A DNA stretch of 55,088 nt, filler included, from Dirinaria sp. TL-2023a (Eukaryota), in the NCBI GenBank assembly GCA_051941275.1. It is 2 parts of 2 records of this genome, joined end to end, with 100 filler letters (N's around TTAATTAATTAA, not from the genome) between each part and the next. Parts side by side here need not be neighbours in the genome. Positions count along the whole stretch, not along the records: positions 27,657 to 55,088 come from JAVEBF010000140.1; 1 more part is not named here. One strand, written 5' to 3'. Below are positions 36,220 through 48,739 of the stretch, piece after piece. Within the stretch, counting starts at the first letter, position 1. Every line of letters starts with the position of its first letter. The position numbers were made by a program, and so were the translations under genes. Below the pieces are notes generated by a model. It did not search any database. It saw only the letters and a program-made list of their open reading frames with translations, and was not told where the DNA came from.

Positions 36220-37419
36220 ATGGTTATTCTGAAGGCTCTGGTCAGCACGGCATGGCTTACAATACTTCTACGTGCCGTTGCGGCCGACGGTCCCTTCGAG
36301 CCGGACTGTCCTGATCCCTTCCCGCCCGGTCATAAAAATATTGGTGACGCTTGGTGGGCCATTGGTGGTGAAGATTCCGGAGCTTATATCACAAACCTAG
36401 TCACTACATTGCAGGTCCCTCCCAAACCCGATGGCGTGATGGGTCTTCGTATGATCAATTCGGCGTTAGACAATATCGTAAGTACTAGATTGCAGCCCAT
36501 CTCACCCGATGCAGTCTCCACTCTGCCACAGAACTTCTCAACGACGTCATAGATATATGCTGTACTTATAAACAGTACAGAATGTCTCCGATATTTCAGA
36601 TTCCAACCTTCCACCACAAGAATTTCAAATCCTGGTTGTTGCGTTCCCGGACCCACCTTTCGGAGGGCGAGTGATGCCACTGCCAATTCAAGGCCTATTA
36701 ACTGATGAGACTCGATAGATGCAACGCCACTGGAGATCAGTGGTGCTTTTTTAGAAGCTACTACAAAAAAAAAACAAACAATAGCGACGTTGACTTTCCG
36801 ATGGCCATGGTGAACCCAGGGGACACACTACTTCTAAACTGTATGATGGAACTTTATGCTTGAGCAGCATCTGCTAACATTCTATCATAGATTCGTACAA
36901 TATCAATGACGGACTTCAGTTGTCCAACGCGGATCTCAACTTAACGAGGCAAAATGCCACTGTAGGGTACGTTTCTTACTTTTAGTCTCAGTCCCTTGCA
37001 GATCGTGTTTGGGTTCCTTCACTAATCATGATGTAGCGGATATTCTCGTAAGAACAAATTTTCCTCATTACCGTGATGCATATCAGGCGTTTTGATAAAA
37101 TTACATGTTAAAGATCCTCTTGACCCTCCGTTTTAATGGTGGCCCAACACCGAGTGCCACTGCGATGGCAGCGGTGCTATGCCTGAGCATACCTACCGCA
37201 ACACGGTCATTTCCCTCAGCAGTGCCGTATCAGACTACGATACCCATGTTGAATATCAGAACGCTAATTATAGTCCGATCTACACATCAGATGGCGGTAA
37301 CACTTGGCATATGGATTTCTGTAAGACTCATCTATCTTATCGCTCCTATCATTTGCTAATATTACGTACTAGTGACAATACATGAGAGCTGGTGCCAGAA
37401 TGACGGTATCGGCTGCTGA
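36220..37419 (+). CDS. Small secreted Cys-containing protein, many short exons (beta-sandwich / peptidase-G1-like fold suspected)
   Basis: Signal peptide MVILKALVSTAWLTILLRAVAA; TTLQVPPKP, GCNATGDQWCFF, VNPGDTL..Y, TSDGGNTWH; ends ..WCQNDGIGC* at 37419. The middle exons are less certain. Confidence 0.65.
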
Positions 37420-38414
37420 TGAGTCGACGCCAGTCACGTCTCAAGCAGCAAGCTAAATTCTCCAAACACGATTCTGGAGCCTAGGTATTCTTTCATGTCA
37501 TGAATGGCTATAATAATTAGACAAATTGAGATTCCTAAAACGAGATAATGCGGAATTGTTTGGTTGCGGGAGGAAGCGGAAAGCCAGATATTGTGACCAT
37601 TACGACGGAAGTGCTCAACGAAGGGAGCTGTGACTGATGTATTTCTATGGAAGTTAAGATAGATGTGATTTGTCCAAATAATTAAATAAAACTGCCTAAA
37701 CTAGGACACTCATGAGGTAAATTATCTGTCTTCAATTTCCGTTGAAAATATCACTCGAAGACTGTACATCAACCTAGTCCATGCCAGAAATGCGGATACA
37801 GATTGACCCTCAAGGCGAAGCGACCTTAGTAGAGTGCGCTCTAATCCTTGGCAGCGTACATCTTTTGCAAGCCTGTCCCAATTAGCTGACCCGATTTGAT
37901 ATCGGTGCGCTCGTTCCAATGGATTTCGGTCCTCAGACCGAGATGACAAAGGACCGAGGTGACAAAGAGCAGCGATTCAACATAGGATAATAAAATCCAG
38001 ATCCGCATGGAGGTTACTTTACGGTTCACACTACTGACGACTGGCGATCCTTTCGTTAATAATGAAAGGCTATGGCGGCTGACCCCCGCAGGTCTGGGCA
38101 TCCCTGCCTTAGCCTCAGCCATGCAGGAGGGTGTTCGAGAGTAAACCAATCACTTTTCTGCATTCTAAAATTTACGGTTAATCGACAAGAACTATTCTGC
38201 GTGCTCTTCACTGAATTTGAAAACGTGGTGAGTAGGCTGTTCAGAGGAGGTCGCCACGACCAGAAGGTTCAAGCCATTACATGACACGTGATGATATTAT
38301 TGTACAGAACATCTATCTAAACCTTCATATACAGCTTGCCGTCACTATGACTACTATTTTGATAGTTTTATCATAGTTCCATGCTGATATCACTTGTGCC
38401 TGATGAGATGGCAT

Positions 38415-39453
38415 TCAAAGGATCAGCAGGCTCACGACAATGGCAGCAAAACCTATGATCATGGCAGTGACATCCATTCCTGACTGACTGCCGCCACCCG
38501 TGAATGGGGAGGGTGATGGTGTTACGCTACTCCCCGTGGCGTTGCCGATGTTTGTTGAGTTGTTAGGATGGGTCAGTACACCACCCACAGGCTCACAGAG
38601 CTTTAAGGAGAGATAAAAGAGCACTATCGTATTATGGGTTTAGTGATTTGGATGAATGGATCATCCTCAGATAGTATGTCAATCTTACCTGTTAAGTCTG
38701 GAACACTGCAGGTGTCTTTCTCGCACGGAATAACGGCGTTGTTGAACGCTGTGCCTTGACAGACACATTCACGATTCGCTAGACTCCCGCAGCCGTTGAA
38801 GTTTTTGGGCGGAAAGCACGTTTGCTACATCGAAGCGAAAGTATTAGCTATATCGTGAGCCCCGAGAGCTCGTGCGTCCATCAACTTACAGCACATTGAG
38901 GATAGTTCGAGATGTCGGTGACATCTTTCCCTTGAGTAGCTGCAAGCGCACCAGCAGTGGCAGAGGCGACCGCAGCAGAAACGGAAGAGCTTAACGTAGC
39001 GTTGGCCTCGTACAAGTTTCCACATAACTGTTGCGCAAGGAGCTGTGTTTTCTGGACTTCATTCGTACTGCACGTTACAGCCTCACAGCCGGCAGTAAGA
39101 CTGCGAAACTCTACACTGCAAAGACCTTCAAGGACGCTCGGCGCACTGAAATTCGATCCTATTTGCTGCGTCACACCAATCGTCTCGTTGTTGCATATTT
39201 GCTGAGATGGACCTGTCAGTGCTTGACGGTTTGATCAAGAGAATTCACTCACGGCACATATGGGATAGCTGGATATGTCCGCCGGGTTAGCCAGAACCGG
39301 TGTCGCTGTTGTTGCTGCAAGTGCACTGGAGACAGCAGTCAATACGATTACGCTTGATGATATGGCTGGTACTTTTGCTCACGATGAGACAGTGCTCTGG
39401 GCTCGCGCTGTAGCAGCTGTGAGCAAGACGACGGAGACTACTTCAAACAACAT
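38415..39453 (-). CDS. GPI-anchored protein with two tandem CFEM(-like) domains (5 exons)
   Basis: Signal peptide; 6-Cys unit YPICAQIC..LC..GCEAVTC..LC; 8-Cys CFEM YPQCAQTC..GCGSLANRECVC..PCEKDTC..LC; tail PFTGGGS..hydrophobic GPI signal. Confidence 0.8.
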
Positions 39454-40549
39454 TTTAAATTATCAGTAAAAAAGTACGTAAGATAGATGGAAGATGGTCT
39501 CCAAACTCGAACTGTTAAGGGTCACTTACACCAGATGAGACTCGGGATAACAAGCTTCTTTTAAGGTCGAAACTTGTTAACCGCTATGTCTCCGCCGAGT
39601 TAGAATATCCCACACTGTACTGAGTACGGAGGTACATTGGTCCATGATCTTGCAGTAGCATGCTTTAGATCGTGGGGAACCAATTGATCATCAGCGGCTA
39701 TACGATAACGCTCGGGCGCGGGGGACGTTGCTTGGAGAACTAATGCAGGATCTATTACGGAGTACTCGCAAAATTTGCTTCCTTGGGCCTAGATGATCGC
39801 TGTCTTTGTCACGCAAATGCACAATGCTATCATCATAAGGCTTGGATTGATTTGCGCAGTCAATTCTTCGATAAAATTGTTGGAGTCAGCCCTACCATAG
39901 GCCGATGTGTTCCCGATACGCGGGTTAGCCGCTACCGGACCCCTGATGTATGTTGTTCACCTATCATAGACGTTTCCATCCTCAATGCTATTTTTGTTGC
40001 CTACATACGTCTTTTTGATCAATAATGTAGTTCTAGTCTTATATATTTATTCTTCTTTTTAGTAGATAAATCCTTGAGAATATTTGCATTTCTTCTATAA
40101 GCTTCTTAGTAATAAATTGAAGAGCAGTATCGTGTATAAGATCTGATTAAGCTTACGCGTGTCTTGAAAGAGAACAATTGTTCCCTAACTATAGTACCAT
40201 ATCTTTTCTGACTGATTTTGTCTATTCTCAGTCTCCGGATCCATTTTCATGCGGAGAATCTTGGTCGGCCAGTGGGTCTCATTCCTATGCTTTTATCTTA
40301 CATGCAACACCTTTCTTAGAATGACTAGAAGATAGCCATATGCTTGAAGAATCTTTCTTTAAACATTGTAGCAGACAGAATTTGATTCTTTGGACATGAC
40401 GACTCACAATCGACGATCTGGTCTTGGCAGGGTCGTAGGATCAAGTCTTGGCATAATTCTAATCTGGAGCAGAGGCTGAATAATTGTGGCATCGCCTGCT
40501 TTTTGGATTGGTTGCATTTCTCATCTGAAAGTCTTCAAGAGCAACTCTC

Positions 40550-43500
40550 ATGGATCCGCTCAGCGTCGTAGGTGCTTTTATAGCAGTACTACAAATTAGC
40601 GGCACCATTATATCACACTGCTACGACTATCGCAAGGGTCTAAGGTCGGCACCTCGGGACTTGGCCCGAGTGCTGGACGAAGTCAGCGATCTACGCAATG
40701 TCGTGGAACGTTTGATTAGACTAATTGACGACGAAATTGCATCCGGACGTAATTACTTACCTTCCGTGGAACAAATGACTCGTAAGAATGGCCCGCTCGA
40801 ACGCTGTCAATCTGATTTGGATTCTATCAACGCTAGCCTGGAAACTCCTTTAAGTGAATGGAAGGCTTTAGGGAATCGCCTGGTTTGGCCTTTAAAAGAG
40901 AAAGGTTTGATGAAATCTCTTGAGACAATTAAAAGGACCAAGGGTTTAATTGAGTCTGCACTAATGATTGATAATTCGTATGTATATAGCAAACGCTTAT
41001 ATACAATCAAAGTAAAAGTAACAACGCCGACAGCGCTTCGATCATAGCGATACGGGAAAGCACGCGCGATCTCCGCGACAGAGTGTTAGATTTTCAGAGA
41101 CCCGTAGCTCTTACTCTAGGTCAGCCTTGCGATAATCTGGACGAGCGGCGCTTATATGCTACTAGAGACGAAGGTACATGTAATGTTGGATTGGCTGGGT
41201 GCCACAGATCAGTCGCCAAGGTTCCATAGTGCATTAGAAAGAAGGCACAACAAAACTGGATCATGGTTACTAGCTCGAAATGAGTATACACTTTGGCAAG
41301 CGACACCCGGGTCTTTCTGGGTGCATGGGATTCGTAAGTTCATCTGGCCTCGATGTTCAGCCTTCGGAGCTCACAAGAAAGCGAAGCTGGGTGTGGAAAG
41401 ACTATCCTCTGGTAGTGATAATCGCTTAGATATTCTCACAAGGTGACTGACAGACTTCAGCTCCACCATTATCGAAGACCTAATCCGAATTCGAAATGGA
41501 AGCGACAATGCTGCTGTAGCCTATTACTACTTTGACTTTGCAAACAAGCTCCAGGGTACCATGGAGGCCATGCTTCGCTCACTATCATCGCAGTTGTTAA
41601 CTCAAGCTCAAGATATGCCCAACGATATGGGGTCCCTCGCTCAACGCCACTTTAACATTACAAGATATGGAGCATTCCTTAGACGGGCATTGACTACAGG
41701 CCCAAAGCCTGCTGATGTGTCTCAACCTTCTCTTTCAGAGCTCGTCGATGTCTTCCGAGGGATTATCGAGGAATTCAATGATACATACCTCATTATTGAT
41801 GCCCCGGATGAGAGTGTCGAGTTAGATATGCTTCTAGATTTCCTAGAGACTATTGTGAGTTGGAAAAGTGAGAGCCTACATCTATTGGTCACGAGTCAAA
41901 GTAAAAGAGAGATAGAAGAGGTCCTATGTCCTATCGTGGATTCTCAATTGCTGATCAAGAGTACATTCATGGATGAGGATATCCTGTCTTTTGTTGAGTC
42001 TACGTTAGATGGCGATCGGAGGCTACGGAAATGGTCACAGGAAATCAAAGATGGAATAAAAACAACGCTTTACGAAGGCTCTCAAGGAATGTACGTTCAC
42101 GATGTGGAGTCTTTGGAAACTTCTAATTTAATACTAGGTTCCAATGGGTCGCCTTTCAGTTACAAGCTTTAAAGGAGTGTCTTACGCTGAGAGATGTTAA
42201 GCAAACCCTGAAAACCTTGCCGAAGACATTGAATGCAACTTACACCAGAGTGATGGAAAATATGAATCAGAATTACTATAAACGCGCCATGGTTGTGCTC
42301 AAACTTCTTGCTCTATCTTGCCATCCTGTGAGTGGGAGATAATTTATTTCCTCATATCTGAATGTTAACCTTTTCCTGTCAATAAAGTTTGGTACTGGGG
42401 CATAGAGCTTGTATGACTGATTCAGATATAGATTCTAACACCGGTTTAGGTCCAAGTTCAAGAGGCCAGTGAATTTGTAGCTTTTGATTTTGATACAAAG
42501 GACGATCTACGCTTTGATTATGAACTTCGGCTTCCAGAGGTAGAGCGAATTTTCGATATCTGCTCCGGCCTTGTTTCTATGAACACTATCGTCCTTACAC
42601 ATGCAGATGGTTCGATAAAGGAAACAATCCGTGAACTTCATCTTGCACATTTCTCTGTGAAAGAATTTTTACTCTCGTACCATTTCACACCCAATCCAAG
42701 TACTCTTCTTGGACCCAAGGCTTCGGAAGACTGGAATGCTTTGTTTGTATAGTGCTGTTTGGTATATCTCAATCAATGTACTAGTCCACTGAGTCAGCTG
42801 ACTCTCTTGGACATCCCTGCGGCTCGATACGCGGCTCAAAATTGGATTTTCTTTGCGCAATCGTCGCCCTCTGAGTGCCGTTCGGCCATCGAGCAACTAG
42901 CTTTCCGACTATTGTTTTCTTCTGCCGTCGTTTATCGGAATATGGTCTGTCTATACGATCACGATATGCCATGGAAAGGGGTTGATATTGCGCGGGAAAA
43001 TTTTCCTAGTCCTATATATTATGCTTCCGTCGCTGGGCTGGAGGGGCTTACGGAGCGTTTTCTGTTAGTTTTTCTCAACAAATCTTACCTCTATGAGCCA
43101 TAATTCTGGTTTATCTTTTACTGATGGAACTTCTAGTCAAGCTAAGGAAAATCCAAACGCTCCTGGTGGCATTTTTGGATCTTCTTTGGAAGCGGCGATT
43201 CACTACGAGCATACCGCAGTAGCTCGCTTGTTATTATCCGCAGGAGCGGACCCAAACGCCTCTGCAGGATATTACGGAAGTCCGTTAATAACCGCCACAG
43301 CGAAGAATCGAGAAGACATAGTCAAGCTCCTTCTCGACAGGAGCCAAGCCCCAATCCGGACGTTTCGGGATCAAAACTGCGCTATTGGAGGCACGCAAAC
43401 GCGGGCAGAGCGGTATCTTTAGACTTCTTCTCGAAGCTGGAGCCAACCCTAATGCATTTCATGTAAAAGTTGGAGGGAATCCTCTGGAGAACGCTACCCA

Positions 43501-45348
43501 TCTTGGTCATCTAGAAGTCGTGTCACAATTGCTTCCCATGTCAGAAACTCAGACTATTCTCCGTGGTCTCTACGCTGTAGAAGAGAACAACGCGACTGAG
43601 ATGATCAAGCTTTACTCCAAATATGTGCCAGACGCTGCTCTATATTATGCTGCTGGGATGGGACGCCAAGATCTGGTAACAGATTTACGTACGTAAATTG
43701 CTCCTATCTTTATTCCATAAGCAGCTACAAAGAAATTTGTCAAAGTCGGCTCGGATTGCCTTCGAAAGTCGATTAGTCCAAGAACTAGGGCGCTGACTGA
43801 CGACTGACAGTAAATCGTCAAGCGTCCATCGAGTCGAGTATTAATAGAAGCTATTCGCAAAACAACGTACAGGCGTCGGCTTTAGTATCTGCTGCTGCAA
43901 ATGGCCACGAAGGCATTGTACGCCAATTGATCAAAAGTGGAGCAAACGTCAATTCAGCTAGCAATGAAGAAATGAACCCTTTTGAGTTTTCCCTTGGAGG
44001 AGTTGCAGAAGCAGGACACTTCGACATCGTCAGTCTTCTTCTTGAGAACAAAGCAGATATAGGTGCTATATCATCACGTGGAGACGCTTTGCAACGGGCA
44101 GCGTACAGAGGACACATGTCCATTGTAGAGCTATTATTAGATCACGGCGGTGACATGAACCAGGCGAACGGTCTGTTTGGTGGAGCGGTACAGGCGGCAG
44201 TACTCGGCAGGCACATGGACATAGTGAAGAACCTACTAGAAAGGGGCGCTAAAATTGATCTCCACAAAGGCCAATCAAGTTCCTGGCTTCTTTTAGTCGA
44301 GGACTGCTCTACTCCTCTCGAGGCAGCTGTTGTTATAAGTGACATCGAGATGGTGCAGTATCTACTTGAAAACGGCGCAAGCTTGGCAGATGCTGGCAAA
44401 AGAACTAGTCTACTATCAACAGCAGCGTCCAAGGACGACCAAGCTATGCTGGAAATATTGTTGAACGCTGGAGCCGATATCGATTACGGTGACGACTCGA
44501 TTGAACCGCCTTTATTTCGTGCTATTGCAGAGCAGCGACTAGGTTCGATGAAGTTTCTCATCGATGCTGGAGCCAACGTGACGGCTGAACGCTGTCTCAA
44601 CACATATATTCACCGACTAGCTATTGGACCAGCAATGACCCCCCTGTCAGCCGCCGTTTCGGCGGGCTTCGAGGATGGAGTAAAGCTGCTTCTCGAGCAT
44701 CAGGTTGACGTTCACGCTACGAGCGAATTTTGGAACCAAGACCCGGAGACTCCTTTACACACCGCCGCTAGACATGGCTTTGCACGTATAGCGCGGCACC
44801 TCCTTGAGCATGGGGCGAACGTCAATGGACAAATTAAAGATGGCTGTGAGTCTTGCTCGCTATCTTCTCTGAATTTTCTTTAGAGTAGATCTTGAATTCA
44901 TTGCATGCTGAAACAAGCGCTAGGGACGCCATTACATTTCGCTGCTCGCTGTCCAAGCAACGAAACCGTACGAGTACTGATCGAGGAATTCAACGCCGAC
45001 GTTTCTTTGACTCTGGTTAACGGAAGCCAGGCTATTCACTCCGCTGCTAACGCCCAGTACGCGCTCGGCGAAACAGGAGCCATTATCAGAATGCTCATAG
45101 ACGCAGGATCCGATGCCAATGTGTGTAACAAGCAAGGTCGAACGCCGTTGCATTGGGCTGCAGAACGGGGCAATCTTTCGGCCGTGCAGACGCTCTTGGA
45201 AAAAGGAGCCAGAACCGATGTCAGAGAAGAGAAGACGAACATGACACCGCTGGACATCGCGAAGATGCAATGTATGGCGCAGCCTGAGCTTGGTTTGTGG
45301 CGAGAAGATAGCAAGCGAGTTCTGGAGGAGTTGGAGAAGAGGGTTTAG
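40550..45348 (+). pseudogene. Fungal NLR-like STAND gene: HeLo-like N-terminus + NACHT + winged helix + ankyrin repeats, with an apparent frameshift at ~43339
   Basis: N-terminus MDPLSVVG..Y..GLRSAPRDL..LVWPLKE; TGSWLL..EY..W; P-loop WVHGIP|GCGKTIL split by an intron; YYYFDF; YLIIDAPDE; LPKTLNATY; LAHFSVKEFL; many ANK repeats (TPLHTAARHG, TPLHWAAERG). Frame breaks at CTC GAC A GGA GCC. Confidence 0.8.
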
Positions 45349-45888
45349 CGGATCTTTGGGGAATTGTCAAAATGAAATCTGCAATTTGCTCGAAGGATAC
45401 TTTTACTACTAGGGGATCTTTTTTCGATCGGCATTCTGACAATTGTCACAATTAACATCTCCTCAGGTCTATATCGCCCAGTGATCGTCTGCTGAATTTA
45501 GATCTCGTCGCTTTGCTCTGGCCCTAAGTCCTGTTTCGTTGAAACCTTCTTCTGTCCTCTCACTATACTTTCTTATCGCGTTCTTCCGCTTCCGCTTTGC
45601 CTTTTCCAAAGCGACTCTGCTTCCTGATTCAATAGAAGAGAATAAGTTGATACTTTGAGCTCGAGATGTATCTCAGATTCTTATGCTTCATAAGTACTGT
45701 GAAGAGCACAGATTCCACATTGGAGAGAATAAAAAGCGGTATTAGAAATTGAAAATGTTCAATTAATGGTCAAGAGCTTGTTGAAGGCTGATATTAGATA
45801 GGAGACTAGTTGCTAGTAGATATGGTAGTGTATAACTTAATCGAAAAGATACGATGTTTTCGACCACCGGCTATCAGCATATAACCGA

Positions 45889-46845
45889 TTACCATGGATT
45901 CTGCTGGCGCCCTTTCTTGTAGGTCGTGGAATATTTTTCCAATTCCCAGTCACCCCATTTCTTGGTCTCGCTCACACTGACTAGCTTGACCACCAGACCT
46001 TGCCTCGCCTTGGTCAGGTCCCTCACCGGCTTCAAGAATTCCTTCTCCTTGTCAGAGCTACAACTCGGGAGCAATAGCGTTTTCAGAGAGGGGACCCAAC
46101 TCGGATTTTGTCGCAGAGCTTCAAGCGACGAACCCTCAACGTTGTTGGAGCTACGCGAAGTACCGGTGATTTCAAGTAAGGTTAGATTAAGACAATGCTC
46201 AAAAAAGGCGAGGAGTGGCTGATCGGTAAGACTGTCTGCGGCCTGAAGCTGGACCTTCTTCAACTTGGGGCAAGCCTTGGCTAGGCGGACAACAGCTTGG
46301 TCTGTTAGGGAGCTTGCGCTGTTGTGAGCATCATAGGAGGTGTCTTTGTATTCGAAGATGAAGTCTGTTAGTTTGCCGCAGACATTGGGTCCTATCGCTA
46401 GAATGGCGTCGATATGGTCACTTGAGCGGGTTATGTCCGTCAGTAGGAGCAAAATGTGGGAATGAATTGCGTACTCTGTCAGGACGAAGCTGTACCCAAA
46501 CGTGATCTTCCTCGTTGCTGTCCCAATGACCTCATGGTACTTCCCATTCCAATTGTGTCTGTCGTCTTGAAATCGAGCATCCCTCACGCCTTTCAATACT
46601 GATCCCATCCGCCTCTCGGAAAATCCAGTCTTGTGAGCCGCGATCTGAGATGGAGCGACGAGATTTGCACCGTCGACGCTGAGGTCGGCCGCTTCCTTCA
46701 CATCTTTCTGTTCATCGACTTTGCTCTTCGCGTTAATAGACTTGGATTTGCCGTTTTTCCTGGATTTGTTCGTAAATCCTAAGAAGTGGAGGCTGTTAGT
46801 CTTGTAGGTGGAAAGATTCTTCTTCTCTGTCCGTACTGGCGGCAT
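45889..46845 (-). CDS. RNI-like leucine-rich-repeat protein without an obvious F-box
   Basis: LTDQAVVRLAKACPKLKKVQL..LTDQPLLAFFEHCLNLTLLEITG..LKTLLL (Cys-containing LRR pattern). A likely in-frame intron lies at ~46490-46430. Confidence 0.7.
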   Translation of the reverse strand: MPPVRTEKKNLSTYKTNSLHFLGFTNKSRKNGKSKSINAKSKVDEQKDVKEAADLSVDGANLVAPSQIAAHKTGFSERRMGSVLKGVRDARFQDDRHNWNGKYHEVIGTATRKITFGYSFVLTEYAIHSHILLLLTDITRSSDHIDAILAIGPNVCGKLTDFIFEYKDTSYDAHNSASSLTDQAVVRLAKACPKLKKVQLQAADSLTDQPLLAFFEHCLNLTLLEITGTSRSSNNVEGSSLEALRQNPSWVPSLKTLLLPSCSSDKEKEFLKPVRDLTKARQGLVVKLVSVSETKKWGDWELEKYSTTYKKGRQQNPW

Positions 46846-47342
46846 GGCTACTTCGTGACCAAATGTTCATTGCTCTGGGAACTGGATCAAAGTTGGGCGA
46901 CGCGTATGCTCTCGGAAATCCAGGTTGATTGCGCGACATGCGTTGACGACGCGAAGCGGAGGAAATTGCCGAGCATAAGATTATGTAAGCTACACAAGAC
47001 TGTTATCATTTAACAAACTTAGAGCACATGCACTCTCTGAAGCCAAGTTGTCAAGGCGAAAAGATCGATAGTCGTCGACGCTTTCCAAGCTGGTCTGGAG
47101 CCATTTCTCATAACATTGCGAATGGCTTCAAGTGTGGATCCACTTCAATGCTCTTCTGGTTTTCGAAAGAATGTCACTCAATTTGTCGTCTTCGCATGAA
47201 ATTGGTACTGCCGATCCGAGACATCTTCCTCCAAATATCAAAGCAGTATCGTTTCACTCCAAAGTAAGGCCTGAAAAGCGCCGATGATACTAGGAACGTC
47301 ATCCAGCGTAAGGTAAATGTTATGCATTGCGTGGAAGATAGC

Positions 47343-48134
47343 TCAGCTGCAGCAATGATAAGTATTGATCACTGAATCGAAATGTATTCTGAACACTATC
47401 TGCATGGCGATACGGCGAAGACCCTCGTCTTTATCGTCACCAGGATCGTGCTGCCACTGCGCAACCTCGAAGCCCTCGGGAAAGAATCCAGAATACTCCC
47501 AGTCAATGATGGAAACGACCTTCAACGTTCCAGGATGAGCGATTATGTTTTGTTTAGCGAGGTCATTATGGGAGTAGACATAGCGCGCCACGTTGGAAAC
47601 CTTGGGCTCCCAATGCCTCGCCTCCCAGCGAGGTGTTCCATCCACATCGTCCACAAAAGGTGGAGCAAAGACAACGCCACTGATTTGGCCTAGCCTATGC
47701 GATCGAAGAGACGCTAATTGAGGCAAGACTACTTCGTACATGAAATCGTCGACATTATCTCGGAGAATTTGCTAATCCGCTTGGGTCAGGGCGTCCATCA
47801 AGTCGAGCATTGGCTCAGCCTTCACGGCTTCCATTGTCAGACACCGAGCACCTTCCTCTTCCGACAATTCCAAGACACGAGGGACCGGAATCGTGGTATT
47901 CTTCGCGATAAACTCCAGTGCGTCTCGTTCGTTCCCGAGACGCTCCCAGTTGAAGAGTCCTTGTGCAATGTCACCGCGGGAATTTAAAACCTGCTCATGA
48001 GGCTTGCATTGCCGTTTCACGAAAATGGAATTTGTTTGGTGATAGATACGGTCTGCCACTCGCCAACCCCAGATTGGTGCCTCGTCGGTCCCACTGTTTT
48101 TGAGGTACCAGTCCTTGCAGTCCAAGCCAGCCAT
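47343..48134 (-). pseudogene. Aminoglycoside-phosphotransferase (APH)-like kinase with an in-frame stop
   Basis: FVKR, NERDALEFIAKNTTIPVPRVL, HNDL..QNII, IIDWEYSGFFP. The two ORFs are in the same frame, separated by TAG at 47772-47774. Confidence 0.8.
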
Positions 48135-48739
48135 GCTCGAGGGCCTCAAAAGAGATACTGACTCTTTTGCTCATCAGTTGTACATAAAGAGAACATACAT
48201 CAAATGAGATGCGCCATTTAACGATTGTGCTGACAAGAATTAGAAAGATTATTGTCTGTCATTGATGGAATTGCGCTCGGGAAACTGCCGAGCATTTCGC
48301 CTGCTAAGTCGCTCGAAGAAAACTCTCTACTCCCGATTTCGCTTAGACTCCTCACGAAAATCACGTGTCATCGCCTCAGCCTCGCACGGCTTCGCGTCGC
48401 GACATCAAACAAAAGTAAGTGTCCTAGCTTCCTTGATGAGATGTCCTTTGATTCGCTGAATTCTAGGCAGCTGTGCCGTCAGCTGGAGTGATCGAAGTAC
48501 GAGACAATGTGAGCGGTGGAGGCCTGAGGAGAGGGTGTAATAGCATCATGAAGCGTCCAATGCCATCGATCCTCAGTAGGCAGCAAAACGACAGGTACAT
48601 CTGGTGAGGCCATCGTCGCCTATTGCTTGATTGAAGAGTATGAGTCATAACATGGTGACAGAAAGTTAGCTTGTGGGAATTGTCAGACTATGCGGGCTCA
48701 CATAAAAGGGCCCTGCAAGGCAGGGGGGAAGTGTCTAGA

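Noticed and set aside
37722..38284. Possible gene relic
   Set aside because: Protein-like fragments but no coherent frame or recognisable motif.
39300..39390. Premature TGA in the CFEM gene
   Set aside because: It lies within a GTGAGC...TTGAC...CAG intron; splicing restores the frame.
40550..41100. Amyloid signalling motif (HET-s/PP/sigma type) linked to the NLR
   Set aside because: No N/Q/G-rich pseudo-repeat at the NLR N-terminus or at a neighbour's C-terminus.
34781..47774. TAG reassignment or readthrough explaining two in-frame TAGs
   Set aside because: TAG is the normal stop of several genes here (GH16, SDR, 33146) and the two sites imply different amino acids.
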